DNA from: Carcharhinus longimanus | Lineage: Eukaryota | Length of the DNA stretch: 59,602 bases | Assembly: GCA_030264375.1 (NCBI GenBank) | Contig: JASCQW010000027.1 | Location: forward strand, 74,041,277 to 74,100,878 | Direction: 5' to 3' | Shown: piece after piece, positions 57,806-59,602 of the stretch | How the letters are laid out: the number at the start of each line of letters is the position of its first letter | How positions within the stretch are numbered: the first letter of the stretch is position 1 | Position numbers and translations under genes: made by a program | The notes under the pieces: generated by a model | The model's database searches: none | Seen by the model: only the letters and a program-made list of their open reading frames with translations | What the model was told of the DNA's origin: nothing

Positions 57806-59602
57806 TCTCTTGTGCCTCTACGCTCCTTTAATCAGTCTCAAAATCTTTACCCACCTCGAGAACTCACAGTCCAAATCCCTCCATTTTATTAACCCCACCT
57901 TCACAAAACTCATCTCTCAACCATGTACTCAGATCACCTTTCCTAATTCTACTACTGCATGACACATTCTTCTAGTAACAGTTCTGCTGCTGGTTCAGCC
58001 ATGAATTATTTACATTGCTGAAAAATCGTCGCAATCTTTTTCAAATCTTGCTTGTATTCCTTTCCATTAAGTTATCAGCAGTCCTTAGGAAATGTCCACA
58101 GTAAGAAAGAAGACCCAGTTAAGAGATGGGTCTTGAACCAAGACTTGGTCTATCTCTAAATGGCAAAGGAACTTGGTAGGAAGGAGGAGGGGGGTGGTGT
58201 GTTCAATGCCTGTCAGGTTCTATTTTATTCAAATTACAATTTTTAAATGGTCATCTGAAATTACATTTTTGCTTGTGAATGAAGGATTTCATTATACTTG
58301 TAAGCCTGAAAGAAAATTAATAACAGGCTGATAGACGAATTCTAATTATACCCCAATGACATGTTGCTGCTGTATTTATGTGATTGATAGTTATCCAGAT
58401 GATTACAATCTTGAATTTTCCATATTAAAGGAACCTTAAGCAAAACTGATTGAAGGAATGTCAGATTTTCTGAGTAGGTACCGGGTAAAAGGCTTTCGAA
58501 TTTTGCAATTAAATGCAGCCTTTTCATCTTGTAAAGGGGAAACTGCTAGGGGTGCTGCTTAACAAGCTGACCTGCAAACATGACCATTTTTGAGGAATTA
58601 TCTGATGGCACATATTTGGTGACACCACATTTTAATCTGCAGCATGATATTTACAACTGATAGTTTTTACTCCAGGTAACTATCCCATTTCTGTGAAGCA
58701 CACATTTTAGCCCATGCCTGGTGTTTTTAAGCACAGAAAGATTGTAATTGTTTGGAATTGTGGAGTTTTCGGCACTGTGTGCCAGCTAACAAATGTGAAC
58801 AATTTATGGATGAGCCAGAGCTGGCCTTGTTTCACACAGAGGTCACCATGAGTGCTGCCATGTGCTGATGTGATTAACATGGTATGCATTTGAAATACAT
58901 TTTAACCCAACTTGTAAATATTGTTTGCCTGTTTTAAGGGAATCATGGATTTGAAGTTGTGACAATCAATCAGAACATTGAAGGTGCAATATATAATAGT
59001 CACATTTCAGTGTTCTGTTCAACAGCAATACTACTTTATTAAAGCATTCTGCACAGTTCAATACTGAGCAACACAAGAGATAAATCTGCTTCAGATGCAA
59101 CTTAAAATTATAAATTGACATACTCTTTGGCTGGAAATCTAGTTATTTCCTTCATGTGTCAGCAGTAGCTATGCATACAGGAGTAGTGGCATTTGAACTT
59201 GATATGGGAGATTTTCTCATTTAAATTAGGGAAATATTGCAGGTGAAAGGAAAGTAGCATGGCTGAAAAATTGAGTGTTAAAAATGCAGCATGCAGTGGT
59301 TTATAAATTTAAATGGCCAGTGTTGCCATGGTAAAGTATCTTTTTGAGACATTTTATCATAGACAGTACATGACTCAGTGATACAGCACATAATTGTTAT
59401 GTTATTGCATAGCCAATCATATCTGCAGCTGCAGTCCTTTTGGTAATCATACTTGAAGTTAAAAAATAATGTTCTCACTAAACAAAAGGGATTTCAGCTG
59501 TGGTTGCTTGCCCAACCTGACAGGCCTGAACTGAAGCATTTTGCCTAAGAGGCAAAGGCTACTTGAAAATCCTCTTATGTATTTCACCAAGTAAGAAGTA
59601 TC

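Larger units (their letters stand above)
2826..59602 (+). other. Very large intron of the KIF3C-like gene (continues past the window end)
   Basis: Donor GT at 2826. The expected next exon (AMESKLLxGGxNIxDHTNEQQ in KIF3B/C) was not found in the sequenced remainder; it could lie in an N gap. Confidence 0.7.

Noticed and set aside
1-59602. CRISPR arrays, operons or other prokaryotic systems
   Set aside because: The sequence is spliced vertebrate DNA; no regularly spaced repeat-spacer array or dense ORF structure was seen.

Overview
Eukaryotic (vertebrate) genomic DNA with several N gaps. The repeat content (HE1/V-SINE-type tRNA SINEs, many CR1 LINEs, Penelope-like termini) points to a shark. 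Bases 1-2825 carry two coding exons of a kinesin-2 motor gene, most like KIF3C. Everything after 2825 appears to be one intron of more than 56 kb filled with nested mobile elements: CR1, L2, RTE/BovB-like, Rex1-like, L1 ORF1, Gypsy/LTR, PIF/Harbinger, SINEs and Penelope-like ends. The most interesting observations are: (1) two copies of a short retroposon headed by the 5' end of U2 snRNA, with A-tails and TSDs (a SINEU-like family); (2) a heavily decayed, apparently multi-exon antisense gene with VWA3-like and DUF4537/Tudor-like motifs nested in the intron (~15.8-24.4 kb); (3) an old ~380-bp-arm inverted repeat with perfectly kept blocks (26.3-27.6 kb); (4) several hammerhead-ribozyme-like cores in Penelope-type repeats; (5) a KIF3C that lacks the mammalian loop-L11 insertion and has an intron inside the motor domain. 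All assignments were made by eye from remembered motifs, no searches were run, and repeat boundaries are approximate.
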